Virus record (IMG/VR): IMGVR_UViG_3300042923_000281
Span: 1 to 64,000 of that record
Direction: 5' to 3' (one strand)
DNA: 64,000 nt
The notes below the pieces were generated by a model. The model ran no database searches and was not told the DNA's origin. It was given only the letters and a program-made list of their open reading frames with translations. Position 1 is the stretch's first letter; each line of letters begins with the position of its first letter. Of this stretch, positions 1-8,744 are shown piece after piece. The position numbers and the translations under genes are program-made.

Positions 1-1231
1 CGAGTTCATCCCGTTGCAGGGTACGGTCTTTGCCAACGCCACCCGAAGCAGGACGACGAGGCAGGTCCGACAGGCGTGTACTGACTGCACGGAAGGAGAT
101 GTCTTCCAGTGTGAACACCGGGCCTTCCAGTTGAGTGGTCGTGACGTGGTTACGGTCCAGACGCAGACTGCCGTCTTTGTCGAGGATGTAAACGTCGCCC
201 TTGCCTTCAGCTTCGTCGTTCATGCGCACACGTTCAACGTGAACCTTGCCAGCGTAAGCCACAGGGCCGGTAATCGCCTTGACCACGTAATGGCTCAGGT
301 GCTTGCGTGCCAGCGGTGAGGTTTCACTGTTCAGTACGGCACGGACCAGTTCTTCCAGGTTGTCAGCACCGAACATGTCGTACAGTTCTTGCTCGAAGAG
401 CTTGGACTGAGGAATGAAGTTGGCACCGGCTTCCGGGAAGTCAAACAGGTGAGGCACCACCGGTTTGGCCGTCTGACGTTTCACGTCGCTGACCTTGATC
501 AGTACGTGAGTTTCAGGATCGAGCTTGACAGTGTCGACGATCGGGTCCTTGGCCACAGCGAACATGTCCTTGGATTCGAAGTCCAGACGGAACAGGGTGA
601 CCTGCTCGCCCACGATGACCACCTGCGGAACCAACGAACTTGGATCGCCGATGACTGCGTAGAACTCCAGCTCGAACGCATTCGGTTCACGCAGCGCTTC
701 GATGTTGTGAGCCACGACTGCAATCACGTTGCGGGCGTAGTTCTCTTCAGCACGGAAGTTGCCGAAACGGTCAACGTCGGTTGGGTTCTGGAACACGACG
801 GTTGCGCTCAGACCTTCATGTTGCCATGCGGTCTTGACCGGACCTTCACCCAGCTCCAGTTGGATGATGCGCTCCTGGCCTTGCGCTGCTGGATCGGCCA
901 TGCCGTCTTTCTGCGCTTTAAGACTGGTACGTGTCCAGTTCATCAGCACAGTGCTGCCGATGATTGGATCGACCACGACCAGACCTTTGTTGTCTTCGCT
1001 GATGCCCAGTGGCAGATACGCTTCGCTGTCCATTTCCAGCTCGACGCTCATGGCACCGCGCTGACCACGACGTACGCGGAACATTTCATACGGCTGGAAC
1101 TGAACGAAGTCGCCATTGACACTGGTGAAGCCTTCGACCTGCTGGAGCAGTTGGAAGATCGTGAAGATCTTGCCAGACTTGGTCATGCTCTCTTTGCCCT
1201 GGGTAATTTTCAACTCAGCATTAGGTTGCAT
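1..1231 (-). CDS. Hypothetical phage protein, >410 aa, runs off the window start (MQPNAELKITQGKES...)
   Basis: Read by hand: ATG at 1231 with AAGGAG RBS, open to base 2. Absent from the ORF track because it has no stop in the window. Preceded by the early-type promoter motif. Confidence 0.8.
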   Translation of the reverse strand, partial: MQPNAELKITQGKESMTKSGKIFTIFQLLQQVEGFTSVNGDFVQFQPYEMFRVRRGQRGAMSVELEMDSEAYLPLGISEDNKGLVVVDPIIGSTVLMNWTRTSLKAQKDGMADPAAQGQERIIQLELGEGPVKTAWQHEGLSATVVFQNPTDVDRFGNFRAEENYARNVIAVVAHNIEALREPNAFELEFYAVIGDPSSLVPQVVIVGEQVTLFRLDFESKDMFAVAKDPIVDTVKLDPETHVLIKVSDVKRQTAKPVVPHLFDFPEAGANFIPQSKLFEQELYDMFGADNLEELVRAVLNSETSPLARKHLSHYVVKAITGPVAYAGKVHVERVRMNDEAEGKGDVYILDKDGSLRLDRNHVTTTQLEGPVFTLEDISFRAVSTRLSDLPRRPASGGVGKDRTLQRDEL

Positions 1232-1270
1232 TGCGTCACTCCTTGGTGGGATAGGTTACTCAACAGTATC

Positions 1271-1295
1271 ATGTATCGCTACAGAAAGTTTCAAT
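1271..1295 (-). promoter_or_regulatory. Putative early promoter (ATTGAA-N13-ATACAT)
   Basis: Same two boxes and spacing as at 3422, 4529 and 62942. Confidence 0.6.
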
Positions 1296-1302
1296 CGAGT
1301 GG

Positions 1303-1333
1303 GCATAAAGGGAGGGCTAGGCCCTCCGTCTAT
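1303..1333. terminator. Hairpin, GCATA-type terminator
   Basis: GGAGGGC-TAG-GCCCTCC at the stop of 1330..1698. Confidence 0.55.
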
Positions 1334-1698
1334 TTACGCACTTCAATCTGTGGATCAACGAAGTAGTCCAAGACGATCCATCCTTTACTGGAGGAGATCT
1401 TGAAGTGGTTCGTTTGCCACCCTCGCTTGACATCGCGTTGGTAGGGTGTGGTGTATTCAACAGGCTTACCGGGGAACTTATTGAGGTCCAACTCGAACCC
1501 CGGGTCCCGGATCAACTCACGCAGAGCCTGAATGCTCTCCACGTGTGCCATAGCGCGTAAATCGATGTTCTGGTCAACAGAGTATGCTGGTACGTTCGTG
1601 TCGCTCTCTACGGCCCTTATAGCAGCCTCTAAAGCGACATGGTTGTACTCGCTGTCATTGCTGATACCGTGCCCGATGTAATCTTCGAGCACGTCCAT
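1330..1698 (-). CDS. Hypothetical protein
   Basis: 122-aa ORF, translationally coupled to the upstream gene. Confidence 0.7.
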   Translation of the reverse strand: MDVLEDYIGHGISNDSEYNHVALEAAIRAVESDTNVPAYSVDQNIDLRAMAHVESIQALRELIRDPGFELDLNKFPGKPVEYTTPYQRDVKRGWQTNHFKISSSKGWIVLDYFVDPQIEVRK

Positions 1699-2204
1699 TA
1701 CTGGACCACACGGAACTGTGACTTACGCAATGCCCGAGCTTCAAGAGCCTCTTGAGTCTTCTTCAACTCTTCAGCATGTTCGACTTCCAGTTTGGCACAC
1801 AGGTCAAACACGGCCAACGCCTGAATCACACTGCCCACATCCATGAGATCGGAGTAGGGCGGGTGAGGGCATTCGCACGGGTGAGTCAGCAGACAGCCAC
1901 CGGTGATGGTGTTGATGTCCAGGACAATGCCACCAGCCTCTTCGATTTCTTCACCGTCCACCGCATCGAAACCCACAATGATGGTGAGGTTGAACCCATC
2001 GGTTGCTGAAGGATGGAACGACAACTTGATCAAGTCGTTGTCCGAATCCACCGAATCGCGGATGGTGTTGCCACCACTGTACACAGGGAAGTTACCGAAC
2101 TGGTAAGTCCAGGTCTCCTTCTGTTGAATTGCGGTCTCGATGCGTGACTCCATGACCCGGAGGATTCCAACCAACGCACCGGCCATAGGGGCCAGAAAGT
2201 CCAT
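1698..2204 (-). CDS. Hypothetical protein
   Basis: ORF with GAGG RBS before ATG at 2204. Confidence 0.7.
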   Translation of the reverse strand: MDFLAPMAGALVGILRVMESRIETAIQQKETWTYQFGNFPVYSGGNTIRDSVDSDNDLIKLSFHPSATDGFNLTIIVGFDAVDGEEIEEAGGIVLDINTITGGCLLTHPCECPHPPYSDLMDVGSVIQALAVFDLCAKLEVEHAEELKKTQEALEARALRKSQFRVVQ

Positions 2205-2211
2205 AGACACC

Positions 2212-2739
2212 TCAGTTGACGTGGTGGCGGATGGTAGTGAACTTACGCTTGCCTGAGGTCGCCACTTGGCCTGCCAGGACTTTAGGGATTGCCGCAGCTT
2301 TGTGGGCTACGTCTTTCGGATTCGTGCGCTTGACACGGTCTTCACGTGGGGTGTGTTTACGTTCACTCACGTAGAAGCCGGAGCAGCAATTCTTGAACAG
2401 GATCAGGTTCGCGTTCTGCGCCTTATCCTCGACTACTTCGATGCCAAACTCATCCCAGTTCGGTTCACCGCCAGCAATCACCTCGAGCAATTGAGGCTTG
2501 TAGTTGCGGACCAAGTTGTCGATACGGCTTTGCAGCGCAGTACCTACACAGAGCCCGTAGAAGAAACCGTTGTCCTTGTCCACTTGGCCAAGCCAGTTCA
2601 GGCCAGCTTTAGCGCGGTCACGGATGTCGTGCATGTTGTCGATGTCGTCGCTCATGATCAAGCGGAAGTAGACGCCAGTCTTGCGGAGGTCGCTACCAAT
2701 GGCTTCCAGCTCATCTTTCAAATACTGCAACTTGCTCAT
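2212..2739 (-). CDS. Hypothetical protein
   Basis: 175-aa ORF, AAGGAG RBS. Confidence 0.75.
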   Translation of the reverse strand: MSKLQYLKDELEAIGSDLRKTGVYFRLIMSDDIDNMHDIRDRAKAGLNWLGQVDKDNGFFYGLCVGTALQSRIDNLVRNYKPQLLEVIAGGEPNWDEFGIEVVEDKAQNANLILFKNCCSGFYVSERKHTPREDRVKRTNPKDVAHKAAAIPKVLAGQVATSGKRKFTTIRHHVN

Positions 2740-2804
2740 GGTCGCTCCTTGTTATTGCGCGGTGTATATTCTTGGTTTAGACAGAAAAAAGATCGCTGAC
2801 ATAA

Positions 2805-2830
2805 CCCAGCAGCCGGTGAAGGCTGCTGGG
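2805..2830 (-). terminator. Intrinsic terminator
   Basis: CCCAGCAGCC/GGCTGCTGGG stem, followed on the minus strand by TTATG and then a T-tract. Confidence 0.6.
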
Positions 2831-2850
2831 CTGGCCGGGCTACGCAGGTG

Positions 2851-3315
2851 TTACTTGTTGAACTGGGCAGCGAAGCTTTCGGAGACGTGAGTCACGATGC
2901 GCTTCAGGTCGCCACGCTTGGCAGCGGCGCCGGAGTCCAGCTTGAGGGAGACGTTGCCGAACTTCGGCTTTTCTTCGGACGAACCCGGGGCACGGACCAT
3001 GATCTTGCGATCGACGCTTGCGCGGATGGTGTTGTTGCCGTAGTCGATCGAACCGGTTACACGGTCGCAGCCAGCTTGTGCAGTCATGTGCACTTGAGCA
3101 GCGTTGCCCAGGCCCAGAGCCAGAGCACCGGCGAAGGTGGCTTCTTGATCTTGAACGAGCTTGACGGTTTCGAGGCTCAGTTCGGCAGGCAGGTTGTCTT
3201 TGACGAAGGTTTCAGGCAGGGTCGCGGCACCGTCGTCGTCGAAGGTGATGGAGTCCTGGATCTTTACGCCGAGGTCTTTGATGGACTGGCTGACTTTGTT
3301 CAGAGCATCGCTCAT
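2851..3315 (-). CDS. Hypothetical phage protein (MSDALNKV...)
   Basis: AGGAG RBS before ATG at 3315, strongly biased codons, own promoter motif at 3422. Confidence 0.8.
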   Translation of the reverse strand: MSDALNKVSQSIKDLGVKIQDSITFDDDGAATLPETFVKDNLPAELSLETVKLVQDQEATFAGALALGLGNAAQVHMTAQAGCDRVTGSIDYGNNTIRASVDRKIMVRAPGSSEEKPKFGNVSLKLDSGAAAKRGDLKRIVTHVSESFAAQFNK

Positions 3316-3421
3316 GGTGTAACTCCTAAGGGTGATGAAGGATTCATTCGACGTGTGTAGTCGCACAGTAAGCGCCGCCTACGTTTTTATTTACGCAAGT
3401 GGTTCATTGTACACCTTGATA

Positions 3422-3446
3422 ATGTATTATCGTAGATCCCTTGAAT
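3422..3446 (-). promoter_or_regulatory. Putative early promoter (ATTCAA-N13-ATACAT)
   Basis: Recurrent bipartite motif with fixed spacing. Confidence 0.6.
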
Positions 3447-3461
3447 GGAATGGAAACAAAC

Positions 3462-3492
3462 AAAGAAAAAGCCACGAGGGCCTTTTCTTTTT
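3462..3492 (-). terminator. Intrinsic terminator
   Basis: Short stem flanked by A/T tracts immediately after the 3496 stop. Confidence 0.5.
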
Positions 3493-3495
3493 GGG

Positions 3496-3810
3496 TCACG
3501 CCTTCGCAGTCCCTTGAGGACGCTCAGGGTGTTGGTACTCAGGATTGAGCAGGGTCTCTTTCGGATCGGCCGATGCAGCAGCCTCAGGGGCCGCTACAGG
3601 CGTGATGATGTCTGCCAGAGTAGCAGTGGGGGCTACGGCAGGAGCAGCCGCTTTAGCAGCCTTGTGGGCGCTCCAGCGACGCTTGGCATAAATGCCACCG
3701 CCGACCACCACCAGGCTACCACCGCCGATAGCGGCAGCAGCGACTGGGTTTTCTTTGATAGCTTCAACAGCGGTGCCAGCGAGTTCTTTCAGGGTGTCGA
3801 GGAAGGACAT
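3496..3810 (-). CDS. Small membrane-anchored Ala/Pro-rich protein
   Basis: 104 aa, hydrophobic AAAIGGGSLVVVGGGIYA then KRR; GGAG RBS. Confidence 0.75.
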   Translation of the reverse strand: MSFLDTLKELAGTAVEAIKENPVAAAAIGGGSLVVVGGGIYAKRRWSAHKAAKAAAPAVAPTATLADIITPVAAPEAAASADPKETLLNPEYQHPERPQGTAKA

Positions 3811-3875
3811 GGTGTATCTCCGGTATCAGGTGTAGCGAATGAGGGTTGGGGTGTTGGTCTAGCAGGGTGTTGCAA

Positions 3876-4013
3876 TTAGCAGCGGGTAGCACCGCGCAGC
3901 TTGGACTTCTGACGCTTGTCGTACGAGTGGCCGATGAAGCAGATGACCGCCAGTACCGCAAGAGTACCAACGATGACTGCGGCGTCGATCCATGGGTTAA
4001 AACCGATCATCAT
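3876..4013 (-). CDS. 45-aa single-TM peptide (MMIGFNPWIDAAVIVGTLAVLAVICFIGHSYDKRQKSKLRGATRC)
   Basis: Read by hand; AGGAG RBS and ATGA overlap with the upstream ORF. Confidence 0.65.
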   Translation of the reverse strand: MMIGFNPWIDAAVIVGTLAVLAVICFIGHSYDKRQKSKLRGATRC

Positions 4014-4162
4014 GCATCTCCTTTCTTGGCAGCTTCTTGTTCACGCAGTTTGGCCATCAGCAGGGTGTTCTCTTCTTTCAAGCGCTTACGCTCGTTAGAA
4101 GCGCCACGCAGCCAGAAGCCGATGGCGATGCCGGTACCGATGAGAATAGCTTCTTTAAACAT
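4010..4162 (-). CDS. 50-aa TM/coiled-coil peptide (MFKEAILIGTGIAIGFWLRG...)
   Basis: Read by hand; GGAG RBS. Confidence 0.65.
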   Translation of the reverse strand: MFKEAILIGTGIAIGFWLRGASNERKRLKEENTLLMAKLREQEAAKKGDA

Positions 4163-4186
4163 GGTTACATCTCCAATGATCAGGGG

Positions 4187-4471
4187 TTAGTTGGGAACCC
4201 AACGGCCGGTGCGGTTTATCACGTCGGCAATGAATTCCCGTTGGAACTGGACGTCATCGTTCAAGCCGATGACTTGGATCTCGATCTTGGTCCCTTTGAC
4301 CCAGGCCAAGATCTGGACGCATTCGAACTTCACGTGATCTTCACGATACGCGACGCCGAATGCATCTTCCAATTCCCTACGGACGAAGGAGTACTTGGCA
4401 TCCTTGTCACTGCCGAAGTTATCCTTGGCGTGCTTGATCGCGTCAAGCAGTTCTACGATGTCATGTTGCAT
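4187..4471 (-). CDS. Hypothetical protein
   Basis: 94 aa, AGGAGG RBS, first gene after the promoter at 4529. Confidence 0.75.
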   Translation of the reverse strand: MQHDIVELLDAIKHAKDNFGSDKDAKYSFVRRELEDAFGVAYREDHVKFECVQILAWVKGTKIEIQVIGLNDDVQFQREFIADVINRTGRWVPN

Positions 4472-4528
4472 GGTGTGTCCTCCTAAGGACTGGTAAGGTA
4501 AGTTTATTGCTTGGATCTCACTGGAATC

Positions 4529-4553
4529 ATGTATTGTTGAAATAAATTCGAAT
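4529..4553 (-). promoter_or_regulatory. Putative early promoter (ATTCGA-N13-ATACAT)
   Basis: Near-identical to the site at 62942. Confidence 0.65.
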
Positions 4554-4565
4554 CACATCGAAACG

Positions 4566-4598
4566 GCATAGAGAGCAGCCCTAGGGCTGCTCTCTATG
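4566..4598. terminator. GCATA...TATG hairpin terminator
   Basis: Perfect palindrome CATAGAGAGCAGCCCTAGGGCTGCTCTCTATG after the head-protein operon. Confidence 0.65.
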
Positions 4599-4603
4599 TT
4601 CTA

Positions 4604-5851
4604 TCAGCTACGGGAGTTCTTGCGAGCATCCTTCGCCACACGTTCAGCCGCGAGGTTGATCTCACGGATGATGAAGTACAGCACGGTCACGGCGCCGTTC
4701 AGGCACTGCCAGCCGAGACGAGAGGTCTCGATGATAGCGCGTTGTACGCCTTGCGCATCGCCAGAACCTTGCACGTCTTTCTTCATGCGCACGGTCAGTG
4801 CTTTGTGCTCAGACCACTTCTTCGGTGAGTTGGAACGCATCTGCTGGGTAGCACTGGCAGCAGCCAAGAACTTGTCCAGCGCGCCGGTCAGCTCTTCTAC
4901 CTTGATGACCCGCTTACGAGAGCCCTCAACCACCATCACGACGCCCGGATCGAAGATCATGTCCACCAGGGTGCTCTTCGGCCAGCTCACGTTCAGCGAG
5001 CCACCAGTGGCCCAGTTCTTCAGGCCATCAGGAGCGCCTTTGATGTCGAACTTCTTCACGTTCAGGCGACGGTTGCCCATGGTGAAGGTCTGGTCGAAGC
5101 GACGGTACACTTCAGCGATGTTCGGGTTGATGCCGTTGATCGCACTGATCGCCTTGTCAGCGGAAGCCTGGTCTTTCCAGTCAGCACGCATGGCAATGTC
5201 AGCCGCTTTCTTGGCGTCGTCAACCAACTGGGTGCCGTACTTGATCAGGTCACCGATGATGCCAGCGGTTTCACCAGCAGCCTTTGGAATGTTGTCAGGC
5301 ACGGAACCATCAACACGGAAGGCGTACACCAGCGAACGACCGAAGGCCGGTGTGATGGCCAGCTTGGCATGAGACGAGGCGTAGTTCTTCAGGACAGAGA
5401 CGTTGTCCTTCAGGTTCGGCACTTCACGGTTCAGCAAACCGATCTTGTCCCACAGGTCGGTCATGGAGTAGCTTTCCATGGCCACGGTGATCTGACCTTC
5501 GAGCGAGGCATTGATGCCACGGATCTGAGCAGCCAGTTCTTTGGCCTTCAAGCCCGGCTCAGCCGATTCCAGCGACGCGGTGTTCACGGTAATGCCGTAG
5601 CGACCCATGACGGCCGAAACCAGCGCAGCAGCGTTGTCCAGCGACTCCTGGCTGACCAGGGTGTCACCGTCGAGAACCACGGCAGTTTCTTCGAGCGTCC
5701 CCATGTCCTGCTCGAGTTCCAGCCGATCTTCCACGTAGCTGTCGGCCGATACCGGGTTCGGATCATCGCGGAGCTGGTCCAGCAGCTCTTCGCTGTTATC
5801 AACGCTTTCCTGCGACACTTTCAGTGCGGCAGTAAGAACGGAGTTTTTCAT
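4604..5851 (-). CDS. Internal head (inner body/ejection-type) virion protein
   Basis: Acidic N-terminal propeptide with several S/A-x-E sites (VSQES x2, ASLES, VAMES); next to the prohead protease. Confidence 0.7.
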   Translation of the reverse strand: MKNSVLTAALKVSQESVDNSEELLDQLRDDPNPVSADSYVEDRLELEQDMGTLEETAVVLDGDTLVSQESLDNAAALVSAVMGRYGITVNTASLESAEPGLKAKELAAQIRGINASLEGQITVAMESYSMTDLWDKIGLLNREVPNLKDNVSVLKNYASSHAKLAITPAFGRSLVYAFRVDGSVPDNIPKAAGETAGIIGDLIKYGTQLVDDAKKAADIAMRADWKDQASADKAISAINGINPNIAEVYRRFDQTFTMGNRRLNVKKFDIKGAPDGLKNWATGGSLNVSWPKSTLVDMIFDPGVVMVVEGSRKRVIKVEELTGALDKFLAAASATQQMRSNSPKKWSEHKALTVRMKKDVQGSGDAQGVQRAIIETSRLGWQCLNGAVTVLYFIIREINLAAERVAKDARKNSRS

Positions 5852-5860
5852 GGTCTTTCC

Positions 5861-7153
5861 TTACTTGGATTTCTTGAGGACTTCGTTGGAGATGATGGTG
5901 ATATTGCGGTACACGTAGGACGCATGGTCCTCCATCATGGTGGCGATGGCTTTGCCCAAGAACATGTACTGCGACACACTGCGGCGAGCCGAGCGGTACA
6001 GGGCACGAAGAGTCCTCAAACGAACGATGTTGTCGTTCATCTGCTTCTCGTCGTTGACGAAGCGATAGGCATCATCCATGTCGCCTGTCAGTCGAACAAT
6101 CCGCTCAGACATCGTTGCAGCCATCTGAGCAAACTTGACGGTCTGGTTGTTCAGGTTGATGGCCTTATCCACAACGGACATGAAACCACTCACGTCTGTC
6201 TCGCCACCAGTGGATTTGACCTGAGCCAACACCTGACGCTTGGCAGCCACGGCGTTCATACCAAGTACACCGGTGACTTCCTTCAGAGGACCACCGACAC
6301 TGAACCCATGGATCTGCTTCTTGGCGAGTTTGGTCTTGAGACCATTCTCATCGGAGTCCTTATTGGAGAACTTCCAAGGACTGCCATCCTTCTTGAACTG
6401 CGGGAAGCCCCGTTTGTCCAAGTAGACCGTACGGTTACCCAGCAAGTGGAATGCCGTCAGGTCTTCAAACTCACTGCGGTCGATCAAATGCTCGTCGAAG
6501 TAGTCGACAGCGCTACGGATTGCAGCATCGTCGTCTTCGTTGCACGCTTCACGGAACCGCTTGGCCAGATCTGTCGAAGTCTCGAACAGTTTCTGGTAAT
6601 GCTTCATGGCCGTGTCGATGAATTTGAGGTCTTCATCAATCGAACCCACCAACTTGACCGGTTTGTTGTCCCGAGTCAAGAAAGCATAAGAAGCAGCCGA
6701 GTCCAGGAGCACCGGACTGGCAGAGATCGCCGCCTTGTTCTGACCGATCTTGGACTTGATGTCAATCAGGTCCTTACCAAAGGTCTTCAAAGACAACGTC
6801 ATGGAACCGAAGGTGCGCTTGAGTTGCTGCACCAGATCAGATTCCATCGAGGGGCTGTTCAGCATTTCCATGGTGACACGGATCTCATCGACCAATGCAT
6901 CACCTGTCATCGCACGACCACGGATGACATCGTGGTGATCAGCACGCCAATCCAGGTAGGACTGCTCGGCTTCCAAGACATCCACCGTTGAACCGTCTGC
7001 CATGGTCAGTCGCTCGACGCATTGCTCGAGAACCATGCGACTGTCAGCAATATCTGCCATGTCGGAAATAACCGAAAGCGCAGGAGCCAGAGACGCCTCT
7101 GACTCCATTCGCTCAACAGCACCCACCAACGCTTCGTTGATGGTGTCTTGCAT
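5861..7153 (-). CDS. Internal head virion protein
   Basis: Acidic propeptide, PSMES site; same operon as the protease. Confidence 0.65.
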   Translation of the reverse strand: MQDTINEALVGAVERMESEASLAPALSVISDMADIADSRMVLEQCVERLTMADGSTVDVLEAEQSYLDWRADHHDVIRGRAMTGDALVDEIRVTMEMLNSPSMESDLVQQLKRTFGSMTLSLKTFGKDLIDIKSKIGQNKAAISASPVLLDSAASYAFLTRDNKPVKLVGSIDEDLKFIDTAMKHYQKLFETSTDLAKRFREACNEDDDAAIRSAVDYFDEHLIDRSEFEDLTAFHLLGNRTVYLDKRGFPQFKKDGSPWKFSNKDSDENGLKTKLAKKQIHGFSVGGPLKEVTGVLGMNAVAAKRQVLAQVKSTGGETDVSGFMSVVDKAINLNNQTVKFAQMAATMSERIVRLTGDMDDAYRFVNDEKQMNDNIVRLRTLRALYRSARRSVSQYMFLGKAIATMMEDHASYVYRNITIISNEVLKKSK

Positions 7154-7951
7154 TTACCACCTCCAGGCGCTAGGAACGTACACCCGGATTGGGCGCTCGA
7201 TCTCAGCAATAAGGGACATCATGTTCGCACCGGACTCAAAGCCCACGCCTGCACCAACGCCGACTGGGTTAGCCGCTGCTTCTTTACGCAGTGCATCAGC
7301 GTAGAAGACGGTTTCCAGTTCAGCTTCTGGCATGTGGATCAGGCCACCGGCAGCAGGAGCCGATTCCAGCGACGGTGTGGCGTACTTGGACGAGTTACGG
7401 ATGCCCGGCTCGTTCACAGTGTCCCACGTCACGATCTTCTTCAAGAACTTGGTCTTGACACCACCGACGATCTTGTCTTCGGTGAAGGAGCGGATGGAGA
7501 AGCAGACGTTCTCATCACGGTTCTCCAACTGACGGTCAAACCACGCACTTTCTTTACCCGACGCACGGACTTCACCGAGCACCATGGTAATTGCACGGCC
7601 ACGTTCGTCCTTCGCAGGATCGAGCATCAGGCGGCGCATGTGGAAGCAGACGTTCGGCTCGAAGATGTCGTTCACACGACCGAACCAAGCGAGCTGGTTC
7701 ATGCCAGCCTGGAAGCGCGGGTGACCGCACTCGCCACGCAGGGCGTTGTTCTGGTTGATCATCCGCATCAGGCCGGCAGAGCCTTCCATCAGTTGACGAC
7801 CTTCGCGCTCGTTGTAGAGCCAGCCAGCCTCGTTGAATGCACCGAGTGCACCCAGGCGGACTTCGTAGTAACCGTTGTCGAGCTTCTTCAGGTCCCCAAC
7901 CTTATTGATGCCCTTCAACACGTTACACTGATAAATGATTCTTTGATCCAT
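7154..7951 (-). CDS. Prohead (head maturation) protease, phiKZ gp175-like
   Basis: GECGHP and FSIRS catalytic His/Ser motifs, TWDxVNEPG, C-terminal PSLES autocleavage-type site. Confidence 0.85.
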   Translation of the reverse strand: MDQRIIYQCNVLKGINKVGDLKKLDNGYYEVRLGALGAFNEAGWLYNEREGRQLMEGSAGLMRMINQNNALRGECGHPRFQAGMNQLAWFGRVNDIFEPNVCFHMRRLMLDPAKDERGRAITMVLGEVRASGKESAWFDRQLENRDENVCFSIRSFTEDKIVGGVKTKFLKKIVTWDTVNEPGIRNSSKYATPSLESAPAAGGLIHMPEAELETVFYADALRKEAAANPVGVGAGVGFESGANMMSLIAEIERPIRVYVPSAWRW

Positions 7952-7961
7952 GGCGGAATCC

Positions 7962-8693
7962 TTACGTTCGGAGTACCATCTCGGTCCGCTCTACGCGATC
8001 GCCAGGGTTGACGATGGCGGAGGTCATGCCTTCATCGAAGCGGGAACCGGTAATCTTTGCGATGGTGTTAGTCGCACCGTAACTCACGTTACGAAGCGGG
8101 ATGATGGTCGGCGGTGTATACCGGATGTCTTCGTAGGTTTCTACCGATTGACGATAGTAGCGACGCAAGTCGCCTGTGTCACGGCAGATAACGCTGGCAA
8201 TGATTTCCATCACCGTCGGGGTCTTACCTACCCGAACGCCCGCATGTTTCAGCGAGGTTTGGAAGATCCCACCGAGTTCAGGGTAAAGGACGTACCAAGG
8301 CACGCGACCCTTTGCAATGATCTCGTCGTAGATCCGATAAAGCAAGTTGTCGATCATCACCAATTCGTCAGCCACGATGACCCGGTCACCGGGTTCGTAA
8401 TGCATCTCGATGTACTCGACATCGTCGATGACGGCGGTGTTGACCAGTGATGGTTCACTGCGGATGGGGGCACAAATACGGGACGCCATGTAATACTGAT
8501 CGTCCAACACTACGGCACAGATACCAACGAACGTGATCTCATCTTCGAACGTGGCCAGGTCGCGCTGAGGGAACCGAGAGGGAATGTACACCTTCAACGG
8601 CTTTAGTGCCACCATAGAACCTTCGGCGGTTTTCTCCCAGGCTTTGTGGACACGGGCAGCGTCTCGGGTGAACTTGCTCGATTTGATACTCAT
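7962..8693 (-). CDS. Conserved phiKZ-like protein (gp176 position)
   Basis: 243-aa ORF, syntenic between the protease and vRNAP beta. Confidence 0.7.
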   Translation of the reverse strand: MSIKSSKFTRDAARVHKAWEKTAEGSMVALKPLKVYIPSRFPQRDLATFEDEITFVGICAVVLDDQYYMASRICAPIRSEPSLVNTAVIDDVEYIEMHYEPGDRVIVADELVMIDNLLYRIYDEIIAKGRVPWYVLYPELGGIFQTSLKHAGVRVGKTPTVMEIIASVICRDTGDLRRYYRQSVETYEDIRYTPPTIIPLRNVSYGATNTIAKITGSRFDEGMTSAIVNPGDRVERTEMVLRT

Positions 8694-8744
8694 AGCGAAC
8701 TCTCGTTGATAGCTGGAGGGTCACCCCTCCAGCAGATGTGGGTG

